Assembly: GCA_963789065.1 (NCBI GenBank) | Contig: CAWBKA010000014.1 | Location: forward strand, 114,171-178,170 | Origin: an uncultured Verrucomicrobiae bacterium | GTDB taxonomy: Bacteria > Verrucomicrobiota > Verrucomicrobiia > Chthoniobacterales > JAFAMB01 | Reading direction: 5' to 3' | DNA: 64,000 nt | In this document: positions 1 to 10,373 of the stretch, in pieces | How positions within the stretch are numbered: the stretch's first letter is position 1 | Layout: every line of letters begins with the position of its first letter | Made by a program: the position numbers and the translations under genes | The notes under the pieces: generated by a model | Database searches by the model: none | What the model was told of the DNA's origin: nothing | Seen by the model: the letters and a program-made list of their open reading frames with translations, nothing else

Positions 1-430
1 CGCGCTCGACAAAAGTCTCTGCCAAGCACGGCGCGATGGCGTATTTGCGCTGCCAGTCAGAGCGCAATCGGCGCAGGATAGTGCCAGAATGTGGCTGGCC
101 AGATGTGGCACGCGCACCTGGGGCAGAATGAGAAAGCGGCTATTGTTGACAATCAGCGAGAGTCGCTCCTGGCGTTGCTCAGCGCTCCAGCCGATGAAGG
201 CATCACGGGCTCTGACTTTCCAGGCCGCCGCGCTAAAGAGCAGGCAGGCCAAGTCCCGACCAGCACAATCCCGAATCAGGTAGCGCAGGTTCTGGCCCGC
301 GGCGCCGCCGTAGCCCAGGTAGTGATGCTGCGCCAGATGACCAACAAAGGCGTTGGCTAGAGCGGTGCGTGGCTGGACAGGAATCACCCCTAGAGGCTGC
401 AGAGCCCGCAGCGGACCCTCGATCGGCTCC
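1..430 (-). pseudogene. DUF4338 / Druantia DruA-like domain protein, partial (runs off the window edge; one frameshift near 85; N-terminus not recognisable)
   Basis: Manual minus-strand translation gives HHYLGYGGAAGQNLRYLIRD...ACLLFSAAAWKVRARDAFIGWSAEQRQERLSLIVNNSRFLILPQVRVPHLASHILA, then after a shift LRRLRSDWQRKYAIAPCLAETFVER. These are typical DUF4338 motifs. Not in the ORF track. Confidence 0.8.
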
Positions 431-943
431 CGTGCCCCGGCGCTCAGAGCAAAGAGTTCGGGCTCTGAGAGGCTTAGATTTGTCAGCGATGCAGGCTCTG
501 GCAGCGGAATTCTTCGGCTCCGTCTCAGCAAGATGCCGTCTCGCGAAGATGCCTTTGGCCTCAACCTGAACGACTACCCGGACTGCCCCACACAAAGGGC
601 ACGGAGGCCACGAAGCTTTTAGCTATTTATTTAGTTGTTGAACCGAAGCCTTTGCCGCTTTTTGAGCCGACCTCGCCAAAACCATCCAACAACGCAAACA
701 CCTTTCTCCTCAGGCGAGTGGCAGAATCCATCCGCCAAAAATTCGCGGTGTGCGGGATTCGAATGCGGGCCTTCCTCTTGCGTTTTTGACAGTCATAACT
801 AAAGCTACGCCGTGATTAATGAAATCCGGTCAGGCTATAAATATTATAAACCAGAGCATCCGAAGCATTCCAGACTCCTTCCGCGCGCACCTCGCGGTCG
901 CAAACGGGGAATAATTTCAACGATCTGACCAAAATCGAAAAGC

Positions 944-1804
944 GTGCACTATCTTCAAATTCTGATTCTCGGGCTGGTTCAGGGCGCGGCAGAGCTACTA
1001 CCGGTCTCCAGTTCGGCTCACGTGATTGTTGCCGAGAAACTCATGGGTCTTGATCCCTCGAGTCCGGAGATGACTTTCCTGCTGGTGATGCTTCACACCG
1101 GAACGATGTTTGCCGTGATCGTCTATTTTTGGAATGCCTGGCGAAGGCAATATTTCTCCAGTGTGGCCAGTTTTCGGAGCATCGCGATCAATGTGGTCGT
1201 GGCGACAATCATTACGGGCGTCGTCGGCTTGTCGTTGCAATTGCTGATCGAGAAAGTTTTTTTGAAGGGCGCCGAAAAGGCGGAGGTGGAAGTCCTTTTC
1301 TCGCAGCTTCCGCTGATTGGCGGCGCGTTATTGGCAGCCGGGTTGCTGATTATTTATTCCGGAATCCGGGAAGAGAAAAAGAACCGGCGTGGTGACGATG
1401 TAAACGCTTCGCGTGCGTGCTGGATTGGCGCTGTCCAGGGCCTCTGCTTACCGTTTCGCGGCTTCTCCCGTTCCGGCGCGACGATCTCGACAGGTTTACT
1501 GCTGGGCATTGGCAAGCGTCGCATGGAAGAATTCAGTTTCGCCCTGGCCGTGGTATTGACGCCCCCGGTCATCGCTAGAGAGTCGCTTCGCCTGCTTAAG
1601 GCTCATACTGAGGTGACTCAGCCTTCGCACCTGCTTCAGCTCGCCGTGCCGGGTTTACTTGGCATGGTCTGCAGTTTCGTGGCCGGTTTGATGGCGCTCT
1701 GGTTATTGTCACGATGGTTAGAGGCGGGACGCTGGAAGCTTTTCGGCTATTACTGTCTCGCTGCGGCGCTCGTGGTCTTTGGGCTGGCTTTTGCCGGCTA
1801 TTGA
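944..1804 (+). CDS. uppP: Undecaprenyl-diphosphate phosphatase (BacA/UppP)
   Basis: LGLVQGAAELLPVSSSAH and GFSRSGATIS motifs; multiple TM helices. Confidence 0.95.
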   Translation: MHYLQILILGLVQGAAELLPVSSSAHVIVAEKLMGLDPSSPEMTFLLVMLHTGTMFAVIVYFWNAWRRQYFSSVASFRSIAINVVVATIITGVVGLSLQLLIEKVFLKGAEKAEVEVLFSQLPLIGGALLAAGLLIIYSGIREEKKNRRGDDVNASRACWIGAVQGLCLPFRGFSRSGATISTGLLLGIGKRRMEEFSFALAVVLTPPVIARESLRLLKAHTEVTQPSHLLQLAVPGLLGMVCSFVAGLMALWLLSRWLEAGRWKLFGYYCLAAALVVFGLAFAGY

Positions 1805-1948
1805 ATCTCGCCTCGACTCCGAGTCGAGTGGATTAAGAAACTGTGCAGTTGTGGAAATTAGGGATGCGTACGCTATAAGACCACCGAAAGCTGGAAGCTT
1901 GATACGCCGCTACGCGGCCAAACGCCGACACGCCGATCCATTCTCCCT

Positions 1949-3865
1949 ATGTCCTCTGACTCTACCTTATTGCACTTGCCTGAGGATCCGTTGAAGGACC
2001 TCATTAATGAGAACTTCCTTCAGTACGCCTCATACGTCATCAGGGACCGGGCGATTCCTCAGCTGGAAGATGGACTGAAACCTGTCCAGAGGAGGATCCT
2101 GCATGCTTTGTTCGAGAAGGATGACGGCCGATTCAACAAGGTCGCCAACATCGTCGGACACGCCATGCAGTATCACCCGCATGGTGATGCGTCGATTGAA
2201 GAAGCGTTAGTCAACCTGGTGAACAAAAGCTATCTGATCGAAGGCCAGGGCAATTTTGGCAATATCTATACCGGTGATCCGGCCGCCGCTTCTCGATATA
2301 TCGAATGTCGGCTGACCGATTTGGCGCGAAACGAAATTTTCAATCCCAAGCTAACCAATTACACTCCAAGTTACGATGGCAGGAATCAAGAGCCGCTGAT
2401 CCTTCCAAGCAAACTTCCTTTGCTGTTGATGCTAGGTTCTGAGGGAATCGCAGTCGGGTTGGCGACTCGCGTGTTGCCGCACAATTTCATCGAGTTGATC
2501 AAGGCACAAGTGGCCGTACTCCAGAATAAACGCTTTAAACTCCTCCCTGACTTTCCTCAGGGGGGACTGATGGACGCCAGCGAATACGACAAGGGCAAGG
2601 GCAAGATCAAGCTCCGCGCCAGAATCGAGAAAAAGGACCGCGACAAACTCATCATCCGGGAGATCCCATTCAGTACGACTACGGAATCGCTCATCGCCTC
2701 GATCGAAGAGGCGGCTCGCAAGCGCAAGATCAGGATTCGTTCAATCAGCGATTTCACGGCCGCCCAAGTGGAAATCGTGGTCATTCTCTCTCCCGGCGAG
2801 GACCAGGAAAAAGCCATTTCCGCATTCTACCATTTCACCCAGTGCGAAGTGACGATTCACTCAAACATTGTCGTGATCAAGGGAGAGCGTCCGGTGCAGA
2901 TGGATGTCGAAGAGGTCATCCGGTTTAACACAGAACAGTTAGTTTCATTGCTCAAGCAGGAACTCGAACTTCGGCGAAAGGAGCTCCAGGACGATTTACA
3001 TTGGAAGTCGCTCATCCAACTCTTCATCGAAAACCGTGTCTACAAACGGATCGAAGAGTGCCCGACGTATCAGGAGGTCCAGCATGCTGTCCTCGATGGG
3101 CTTCAGCCGTTCAGAAGCTTGCTGACTCGTGAAATTACGCAGGAAGACGTTGAAATGCTCTTGAGCCTTCAGATCAAGCGTATTTCCAGATTCGATTTGA
3201 AAAAGAATGAAGAAGATAAACTAAAAATTATTCAGGAGCTTAAGGAGGTTGAGCGTCATCTCAAAAGCCTCACCGATTTTGTCATCGATTATCTCCAACA
3301 ACTAATTAATAAGTACGGCAAGCGATACAAAAGAAAAACTCAGCTAACCACTGCAGAAGAAATCAACGTCCGGGAACTGACGGCGGATGAGTTGTCGATT
3401 GCCTATGATCAGGAAAAGGGGTTCCTCGGGTACCAGGTTAAGGGCGAAGCTGCTTTCCGTTGCTCCCCGCTCGACCGCTTACTTCTGGTCTGGGACAATG
3501 GGCGTTATCAGATGATCGCGCCGCCGGACAAATTGTTCGTCGACAAGAATCTTTTCCATTTCGCTATCTTCGATCGGGAAAGGATATTTACCCTGGTCTA
3601 CAGCACGCCCGATGCAACCTTCCTTAAGCGCTTCGCATTTGGCGGAGCGATTATGAACCGCGATTACCATTGCGCGCAGGAAAATGCCAGGGTTAGGTAT
3701 TTCACCGACCGGCCAGTCGCCGAACTCCGATTCAAGTATCGGCATGTCAAGGGCGCGCGTATCGACGAACAGACCTTTTCCGCCGGTGATTTCCCTGTAC
3801 GCGGCCCAAAGACCCGCGGCAATCAGGTGACGAAACGAACACTGACCAGTGTCACCGGGAAATGA
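1949..3865 (+). CDS. parC: DNA topoisomerase IV subunit A (short GyrA/ParC family)
   Basis: RAIP..EDGLKPVQRRIL, YHPHGD, QGNFG and AASRYIE (catalytic Tyr). At 638 aa it is shorter than GyrA and has no GyrA box. Confidence 0.9.
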   Translation: MSSDSTLLHLPEDPLKDLINENFLQYASYVIRDRAIPQLEDGLKPVQRRILHALFEKDDGRFNKVANIVGHAMQYHPHGDASIEEALVNLVNKSYLIEGQGNFGNIYTGDPAAASRYIECRLTDLARNEIFNPKLTNYTPSYDGRNQEPLILPSKLPLLLMLGSEGIAVGLATRVLPHNFIELIKAQVAVLQNKRFKLLPDFPQGGLMDASEYDKGKGKIKLRARIEKKDRDKLIIREIPFSTTTESLIASIEEAARKRKIRIRSISDFTAAQVEIVVILSPGEDQEKAISAFYHFTQCEVTIHSNIVVIKGERPVQMDVEEVIRFNTEQLVSLLKQELELRRKELQDDLHWKSLIQLFIENRVYKRIEECPTYQEVQHAVLDGLQPFRSLLTREITQEDVEMLLSLQIKRISRFDLKKNEEDKLKIIQELKEVERHLKSLTDFVIDYLQQLINKYGKRYKRKTQLTTAEEINVRELTADELSIAYDQEKGFLGYQVKGEAAFRCSPLDRLLLVWDNGRYQMIAPPDKLFVDKNLFHFAIFDRERIFTLVYSTPDATFLKRFAFGGAIMNRDYHCAQENARVRYFTDRPVAELRFKYRHVKGARIDEQTFSAGDFPVRGPKTRGNQVTKRTLTSVTGK

Positions 3866-4089
3866 TCTGAACCTCCGCGCCCACCGTGCCCTCCGTGCGA
3901 GCCATTCTCCTTCCGGCTAAGCCGTTTTTGGATCCGATCCCTTTTCGCGTCCGCCCGGCGCGGCCTTCTCAAAATGTCCAAACTCCAGGGACGCGCTCCC
4001 GCGCGTCCGCCATCCATTTGTACCAGACAAGTTCATAGACCTCTTTCGAGAGGCCGGCCGACTTCCAGATGGCTGATCCAGCAGGGGAA

Positions 4090-4860
4090 CAGCTTCGACG
4101 CTCAGGGTAATCTCGAAAAGGCGGTAGACCGTAATGGCCGGGCCACCTTGTACACCTACGAAGCTAATGGCTTACTTAAAAGCCAACAGTTCGCCGACGG
4201 GACCGTCACAACTTTTGGCTATGATGACCACGCTAACCTGACCTCGATCACCGATTCCCATGGCACGACTATTATGGAATACGATGGCGCCGATCGCCTC
4301 AGCAAGATCACCTACCCGAACGGTCGATTCCTTCGCTACGGATATGACGCCGGCGGTCGGCGAGCCCAGATCATGGATCAGAGCGGCTACTGCGGCGGTA
4401 AATTGATCGTCCAGTACACCTATGATGAGGCCGGCCAGCTGAGGCGCAAGGACGAAGGCAACGGCACCTTCACCACTTACGACTACGACGCCAAAGGCCA
4501 ACTGCGGCAGTCGGTCAATTTTTCGGCCGACAACACCGTCAACTCCCATTTCGACTACACCTACGACGTCCTGGGCCGGCGTGCCACTGAGACGACGCTC
4601 GAGGGAACGACTACTTACGGTTACGACGGCCGCGGCCGACTCTCCTCGGTTGCTCTGCCCAACGGTCGAACCATCACCTATGCCTATGATGCGGCTGGTA
4701 ATCGTCAAACGGTCACGGACAATAGCGTGACAACCGGTTACAGCATCAACAACCTCAACCAATACACCGCGTAAGGGGGAACCAATAGCACCTATGATCT
4801 CGCCGGCAATCTTCTAGCGACGACCGGGCCAGGTGGCAATGCGTCTTATACCTACGCTGG
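4090..4860 (+). pseudogene. RHS/YD-repeat protein fragment
   Basis: Repeated YxYD motifs (YTYDEAGQL, YTYDVLGRR, YAYDAAGNR). In-frame TAA at 4772-4774, after which YD-like sequence continues (STYDLAGNL). No good start and no RHS core end. Confidence 0.85.
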
Positions 4861-5077
4861 CGTCTCTCGGTCGTACTCTCACCGACACCGAATTCGAAAT
4901 GGTCGTGAATGAGTCCTGGCAAGGAGCGAACAATATTGTGACCACCTACGAGAGAACGCTGGTGCGCTCGGCACTTGGCGCCGAGGAGACGGAGACCGCA
5001 GCAGGATTGAGCCCGAGCCGCGAGCGATGTTTCGCGGATTGGAAAAGATTGAGGCACCCAACCTGTCAGAAAGCTGT

Positions 5078-5839
5078 TCAGGGGGATCCAGAATGAGGTC
5101 TGGATGGGTTCCAACCAAGCAGGTTGTAAATATAATACCGCACGATACCGATGTATTCGTGGGCCGCGAAGTCGGCGACGGCGAAATTGTACCCCACCGG
5201 TAAGACGGACAGGAGTGGGGTAATGCGGTCAGCAGTACAGGGCGTTGGATAAACTCCAAAGTGGGCGAAATACAAAAGGGCCCTTCTTAAATGCAATCCT
5301 GAGGTCACCAGAAACAGCTTGTCGAACGGTTGTCCTCGCAAGATTTCCTCGGTATATTCAGCGTTTTGAAAGGTATTCAAACTGCGCTCTTCGCGGACGA
5401 TATCGGAATCGTCGACTCCAAGCCGAAGCATCTCCGCGCGGTAGTCCTCGGCTTCGGTCACTCCGTTGTGGGAAGCGTCTCCACCGCTAATAACGATGCT
5501 GCAGGGACAGTGGTTTTTCTTCGCCAGGAAGTAGAGTCGGACTGCCTCAACAATCCGTGAATAGGCCAGAACGGTCGGACGGACGAAGGGTTGGCCCGGG
5601 AAGTGCACTGTGCCGTCCCCTAGAACGATGATCGCATTGCGTCTTCCCCAACTGGGATTGTCTTCCACGATGTATCTCGACTGCAGGTCTTCTACTAGAA
5701 GCAGCGGCACGAGACCGGATCCCACGGCTTCAAAATAAACCAACGCTGCCATCATGGCCGTTGTCGCTGTTTTTCGCATCTTTCCTAGTGCGAACCAGCA
5801 GCCTGCGAGGAGGAAAAAGAGGATGACGGCCGTAATCAT
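5078..5839 (-). CDS. YdcF/DUF218 family membrane-anchored protein
   Basis: AIIVLGDG, VISGG, EERSLNTFQNA, LVTSGLHLRRA and HEYIG motifs; N-terminal TM segments. Confidence 0.9.
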   Translation of the reverse strand: MITAVILFFLLAGCWFALGKMRKTATTAMMAALVYFEAVGSGLVPLLLVEDLQSRYIVEDNPSWGRRNAIIVLGDGTVHFPGQPFVRPTVLAYSRIVEAVRLYFLAKKNHCPCSIVISGGDASHNGVTEAEDYRAEMLRLGVDDSDIVREERSLNTFQNAEYTEEILRGQPFDKLFLVTSGLHLRRALLYFAHFGVYPTPCTADRITPLLSVLPVGYNFAVADFAAHEYIGIVRYYIYNLLGWNPSRPHSGSP

Positions 5840-6072
5840 CTGGTCGGTCGTTCATAGTTGTCCTTTGAAGCTGATGCAATGGCCTATTTTCGATAGGCCC
5901 TCTTTGTCCGGGAAGCGCAGGAGTGCTGCGCGTGACCGCAGTGTAGCATAGGCTGATAGCGTGTCTCTTGAGCGTGGCTTCGCTCCCTGCAAATTCGCCC
6001 GTTCGCCAGAAAGACAGGCAGGATGCCGATGCTACTTTTTACCGCATCTCCCTCGCGCATGCCGTTCGCTGG

Positions 6073-7872
6073 TTAGGTAGTGGCTACTAAATGTCCCATG
6101 ATGTATTCGCGGCGGACGGGGGTGTTCTTCCCCATGTAAAACTGGAGAAGGGGTTGGATCGCGTGCTGGTCGTCGACACTGACCTGGGCGAGTCGCATGT
6201 CGGGGCCGATGAAGGCCTTGAATTCTGCCGGCGAAATTTCCCCAAGCCCTTTAAACCGGGTCACCTCACTATTCCGAAGCTTCTTTATTGAATCGTCACG
6301 TTCCGCCTCGGAGTAGCAGTAAATCGTCGTTTTCTTGTCGCGGACCCGGAAAAGAGGGGTCTCGAGAATACGGACGAATCCACGGGTTATAATATCAGGA
6401 AAAAAACGCAGAAAGCAGGTGATCAAGAGATTGCGGATGTGCAATCCATCCACGTCGGCGTCGGTCGCCAGGATAACTCTCCCGTAGCGAAGTCCCTGCA
6501 CCGTCTCTTCGACGTTCAACGTCCGCATCAAGTTAAAGATCTCATCGTTCTTATAGACGATGGTGCGATTCAGATCCCAGACGTTCAGCGGCTTACCTTT
6601 GAGCGTGAATACGGCCTGAATGTTTGGGTCTCGGCAACTGGTGATCGAGCCCGCGGCGGACTGGCCTTCGGTGATAAAGATCATCGATTCGTGCCCCGCG
6701 TTTTTCTCGAGGCTCAAATGGACCTTGCAATCTTTCAGTTGCGGTATCCTGAGCGAGATGGCCGCAGTTCGCTCCCTGGCGAGTTTGCGGACATCCTGGA
6801 GTTCTTTGCGAAGCCGCTGAGTTTCGTGAACCTTGAGTAAAAGCTGTTCGGATATCTCGGGGTAGCGATGGAGTAGACTAATGACCGTCTCGCGCACCTT
6901 GTTGACAAGCTCCGTTCGGATGTCGGTGTTTCCGAGCTTATTTTTGGTCTGCGACTCGAAGACCGGGTCCTTCAGGCGGATCGCTATGGCTCCGACCAAA
7001 CCCTCGCGGACATCGTCCCCGTCAAACTTCGATTTGGAAAACTCGTTGATGGCCTTGAGCATTCCTTCGCGAAAGGCGCTCAAATGCGTTCCGCCGTCGG
7101 CGGTATATTGGCCATTGACAAATGAGTAGTGGTCTTCCGAAAGACGATTGGTGTGAGTAAACGCGATCTCGAGGGTTTTTTCCCGGTGATGGACGATCGG
7201 GTAGAGAGCGCCTTCCGCGACATCTTCGGCCAGTAAATCTTTCAACCCGTTCTCGGAAGAGTAGACTGTGCCGTTATAATCGATCTTCAAGCCGGCGTTG
7301 AGAAACGTATAGAGCCGAAGTCTTCGAATGATGTGCTCTTCGCGAAAGCGAAAATCGCGGAAAATCGTGCGATCGGGTTCGAAGACAACTTCAGTGCCGT
7401 TGGCTTCGGCTTTTTGCCCTCTTCGTTGGGACTTGAGTACACCTCGTTCGAAGCTGGCCCGGAAGAACTCTCCGTCGCGGTAACTTGAGACCGCAAAACT
7501 TGAAGAGAGGGCGTTTACTGCTTTCGTGCCGACGCCGTTCAATCCCACACTGAATTGGAAGACATCGTCGTTGTATTTAGCGCCTGTATTTATCCGTGAA
7601 ACACAGTCGATGACCTTGCCGAGCGGAATGCCGCGTCCGTAGTCTCGTACTCGGATGATATCGCCATCGATCGATACACTGATCTTGCGGCCATACCCCA
7701 TGATGAACTCGTCGATGCCATTGTCGACGACCTCTTTCAACAAGACATAAATGCCGTCGTCATAGTGGGTGCCGTCTCCCAAGCGACCAATGTACATACC
7801 CGTCCTCGTCCGGATATGTTCCAGGGAGGAGAGTGTCTTGATCTTGCTTTCGTCGTAATCGTGTTTCCCCAT
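6073..7872 (-). CDS. parE: DNA topoisomerase IV subunit B (GyrB/ParE family)
   Basis: HIRTRTGMYIG, EVVDNGIDE, GLNGVG, TEGQSA, ATDADVDGLHI and RFKGLGE motifs. Confidence 0.9.
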   Translation of the reverse strand: MGKHDYDESKIKTLSSLEHIRTRTGMYIGRLGDGTHYDDGIYVLLKEVVDNGIDEFIMGYGRKISVSIDGDIIRVRDYGRGIPLGKVIDCVSRINTGAKYNDDVFQFSVGLNGVGTKAVNALSSSFAVSSYRDGEFFRASFERGVLKSQRRGQKAEANGTEVVFEPDRTIFRDFRFREEHIIRRLRLYTFLNAGLKIDYNGTVYSSENGLKDLLAEDVAEGALYPIVHHREKTLEIAFTHTNRLSEDHYSFVNGQYTADGGTHLSAFREGMLKAINEFSKSKFDGDDVREGLVGAIAIRLKDPVFESQTKNKLGNTDIRTELVNKVRETVISLLHRYPEISEQLLLKVHETQRLRKELQDVRKLARERTAAISLRIPQLKDCKVHLSLEKNAGHESMIFITEGQSAAGSITSCRDPNIQAVFTLKGKPLNVWDLNRTIVYKNDEIFNLMRTLNVEETVQGLRYGRVILATDADVDGLHIRNLLITCFLRFFPDIITRGFVRILETPLFRVRDKKTTIYCYSEAERDDSIKKLRNSEVTRFKGLGEISPAEFKAFIGPDMRLAQVSVDDQHAIQPLLQFYMGKNTPVRREYIMGHLVATT

Positions 7873-8038
7873 GGGAGAGGCGTGTCGGCTCACACAAAGG
7901 ACACCAAAGTCACCAGGATTTTCAAAAGTTCAATAAAATAGCAGGAATTGGGAATCTTCGCGATATCCAGTCGGCGTTTGGCGTTCGTTCAGGCGTGCTG
8001 CTCGGACGCCGACACGCCCACACGCCGATACGTTCCGC

Positions 8039-8474
8039 TCACCTGTGCGGCAAATCCTGCATGCGTCGCCAAGCGGATACGACGGCAGGGTCGCTGATAT
8101 ATTTCACTAACAGGTCACCAAGTTTTTCCGCGAGATCCAGATCTTCCTTGGCGAAAAAATTGAAGCGCTCGATCGCTTTCTGGCATAACGGTGGCGCATT
8201 CTCGGGGTTTCCCTGGTCAATCTCGAATACAGCGCGATCCAGCGGAGCCATTTGGCGCCGCCAGTTTACCATTTCATCGACGTATTGGTTAATGACATCC
8301 ACCGCTTGTCTCGAATCTGCCACCCCATTCGCTCTTTTTCTCAATCACCCGCAGGATCGCGATGTGGGCATCAATCAATCGGGCGTAATCTTCACAAATG
8401 TCGGCAAAAATGCTGCTCGCGCCGAACACAAGTAACGTGAGGAGTAGTAACCGCGAAAGGGTTGAGGTCAGCAT
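8039..8474 (-). CDS. Hypothetical secreted protein (one apparent frameshift near 8340)
   Basis: ORF 8289-8474 has a signal peptide and joins ORF 8039-8344 at an A-tract. Confidence 0.55.
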
Positions 8475-8623
8475 TTGGATGGGGCGTGTTCAGTGCATCA
8501 TCGTTCGAGTTTCTAAGACCTCCATGAATAAATTTTTGCCTTCGCCGTCCTCGCTCGCGATATCTAAGTGCAAAGTGCAGGTAACTTCACGCCTTTTCCA
8601 GAATTACCTTTCCACTTGATTGT

Positions 8624-9793
8624 TTATTCGGAGCGCCATGCCATGATGGCCCCTGAAAGCGCCTCAATCTGCTCCGGCGTGTGAGACGCAGAGAGGGCGA
8701 TCCGAATTCGCGCGGAGCCTCGAGCGACCGTCGGATAACGGATTGCCGGAACAAGGAAACCGGATTCCAGAAGGGATTCTGCCAAGCGCACGGTTTGCTG
8801 CACCTCCCCTGTCACGACGGGAAAGATGGCGCTTGCCGGCTCGAAACCTTGGCGCAACTTCGTTGCCAGACCTTTAGCCAAAAGGAAGACGTTGTTCCAA
8901 AGCCGTGAGCGTAGCAGATCGCCCTCCCGGGTGCCCAAAATCTCCAGCGCGGCGGATCCCGCTGCAGCGCAAGCCGATGGCAAGGCGGTCGAATAAATGA
9001 AACTGCGGGCGGTATTGACCAGAAGCTGGATCAAGGTTTGAGAACCACATATAAATCCGCCGCTCACGCCCAGCGCCTTACTCAAAGTTCCCATCTGAAC
9101 CTCTACCTGTTGCGTAAGACCGAGCGCGTTGACGAGGCCGGAGCCCTGCGGACCGATAACGCCCGTGGCGTGCGCCTCATCGACCAGAAGGACGGCTCGA
9201 AATTCGTTCTTCAGTTCAACTATCGCGGCGAGATCTCCGCAGTCGCCGTCCATGCTGAAAACGGATTCGGTCGCAATAAGCACTTTGCCTTGCGGTCGCA
9301 TTCGCTGAGCCCAGTCGAGGAGCTGTTTAAGCTTTTTTAGGTTATTGTGGGGAAACACGCGTAAGAGAGCTCCCGAGAGTTTCGCGCCGTCGATGAGACA
9401 GGCATGACAGAGCTTGTCCAGGATGATGACATCACCCGGACCGATCACGCTGCAAATTGTGCCGACTGCCGCTGCGTATCCTGAGCCGAATAAAAGAGCG
9501 CTCTCGGTGCCCTTGAAGGCGGCGATTTCCTTTTCCAATCCTGCATGCGGAGATTGCGTCCCGGTGACCAGCCGGGAAGCGCCTGATCCAACGCCGTAGC
9601 GATCGATTGCCGCCTTGGCCGCAGCCTTGACCGATGGATGTTGAGAGAGTCCGAGATAATCGTTTGAGGCAAAATTTACCAGGCGGCGGTTGGCCACTAC
9701 GACAATTGGCCCCTCGATCTCCTCGATGGTCCTGAGTTCGCGAAAAAGCGATTGCTGCCGAAGCCGGCTCAGAAATTGGTCATAAGAGAGCAT
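8624..9793 (-). CDS. bioF: 8-amino-7-oxononanoate synthase
   Basis: NFASNDYLGL, GSGASRL, VFSMDGD, VDEAHATG and GTLSKALG (PLP lysine). Confidence 0.95.
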   Translation of the reverse strand: MLSYDQFLSRLRQQSLFRELRTIEEIEGPIVVVANRRLVNFASNDYLGLSQHPSVKAAAKAAIDRYGVGSGASRLVTGTQSPHAGLEKEIAAFKGTESALLFGSGYAAAVGTICSVIGPGDVIILDKLCHACLIDGAKLSGALLRVFPHNNLKKLKQLLDWAQRMRPQGKVLIATESVFSMDGDCGDLAAIVELKNEFRAVLLVDEAHATGVIGPQGSGLVNALGLTQQVEVQMGTLSKALGVSGGFICGSQTLIQLLVNTARSFIYSTALPSACAAAGSAALEILGTREGDLLRSRLWNNVFLLAKGLATKLRQGFEPASAIFPVVTGEVQQTVRLAESLLESGFLVPAIRYPTVARGSARIRIALSASHTPEQIEALSGAIMAWRSE

Positions 9794-9917
9794 GGTAAAA
9801 GCCAAAGATGAGAAGTGAACCGCAGATCCCACAGCGCCGCGCAGCCTCGGCAGGAGATTTTTAACCACAGATTACGCGATTACACAGATTATTTAGGTCC
9901 GGATTGATGATGACAGA

Positions 9918-10025
9918 AGGTGAGAGGTGAGAGGTGAGAGGTGAGAGGTGAGAGGTGAGAGGTGAGAGGTGAGAGGTGAGAGGTGAGAGGTGAGAGGTGA
10001 TAGGTGAGAGGTGAGAGGTGAGAGG
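9918..10025 (+). repeat. Heptamer tandem array (GGTGAGA), about 15 copies
   Basis: Read directly from the sequence. Confidence 0.98.
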
Positions 10026-10049
10026 TATAGACCCCGTTACCCCTCTGCG

Positions 10050-10370
10050 CCGCCAAACGCCGAACGCTGAACGCCGAACGCCGAACGCCAAACGCCAAAC
10101 GCCAAACGCCAAACGCCGAACGCCGAACGCCGAACGCCGAACGCCGAACGCCGAACGCCGAACGCCGAACGCCGAACGCCGAACGCCGAACGCCGAACGC
10201 CGAACGCTGAACGCTGAACGCCGAACGCCGAACGCCGAACGCCGAACGCCGAACGCCGAACGCCGAACGCCGAACGCCGAACGCCGAACGCTGAACGCTG
10301 AACGCCGAACGCCGAACGCCGAACGCCGAACGCCGAACGCCGAACGCCGAACGCCGAACGCCGAACGCCG
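10050..10370 (-). repeat. Heptamer tandem array (GGCGTTC on minus; GAACGCC on plus), about 45 copies
   Basis: Read directly; variants AAACGCC and GAACGCT. Confidence 0.98.
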
Positions 10371-10373
10371 TCC

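Noticed and set aside
4833..5096. Toxin tip or immunity gene after the RHS fragment
   Set aside because: No DPxG junction, no credible start and no recognisable domain; probably an unrelated gene remnant.
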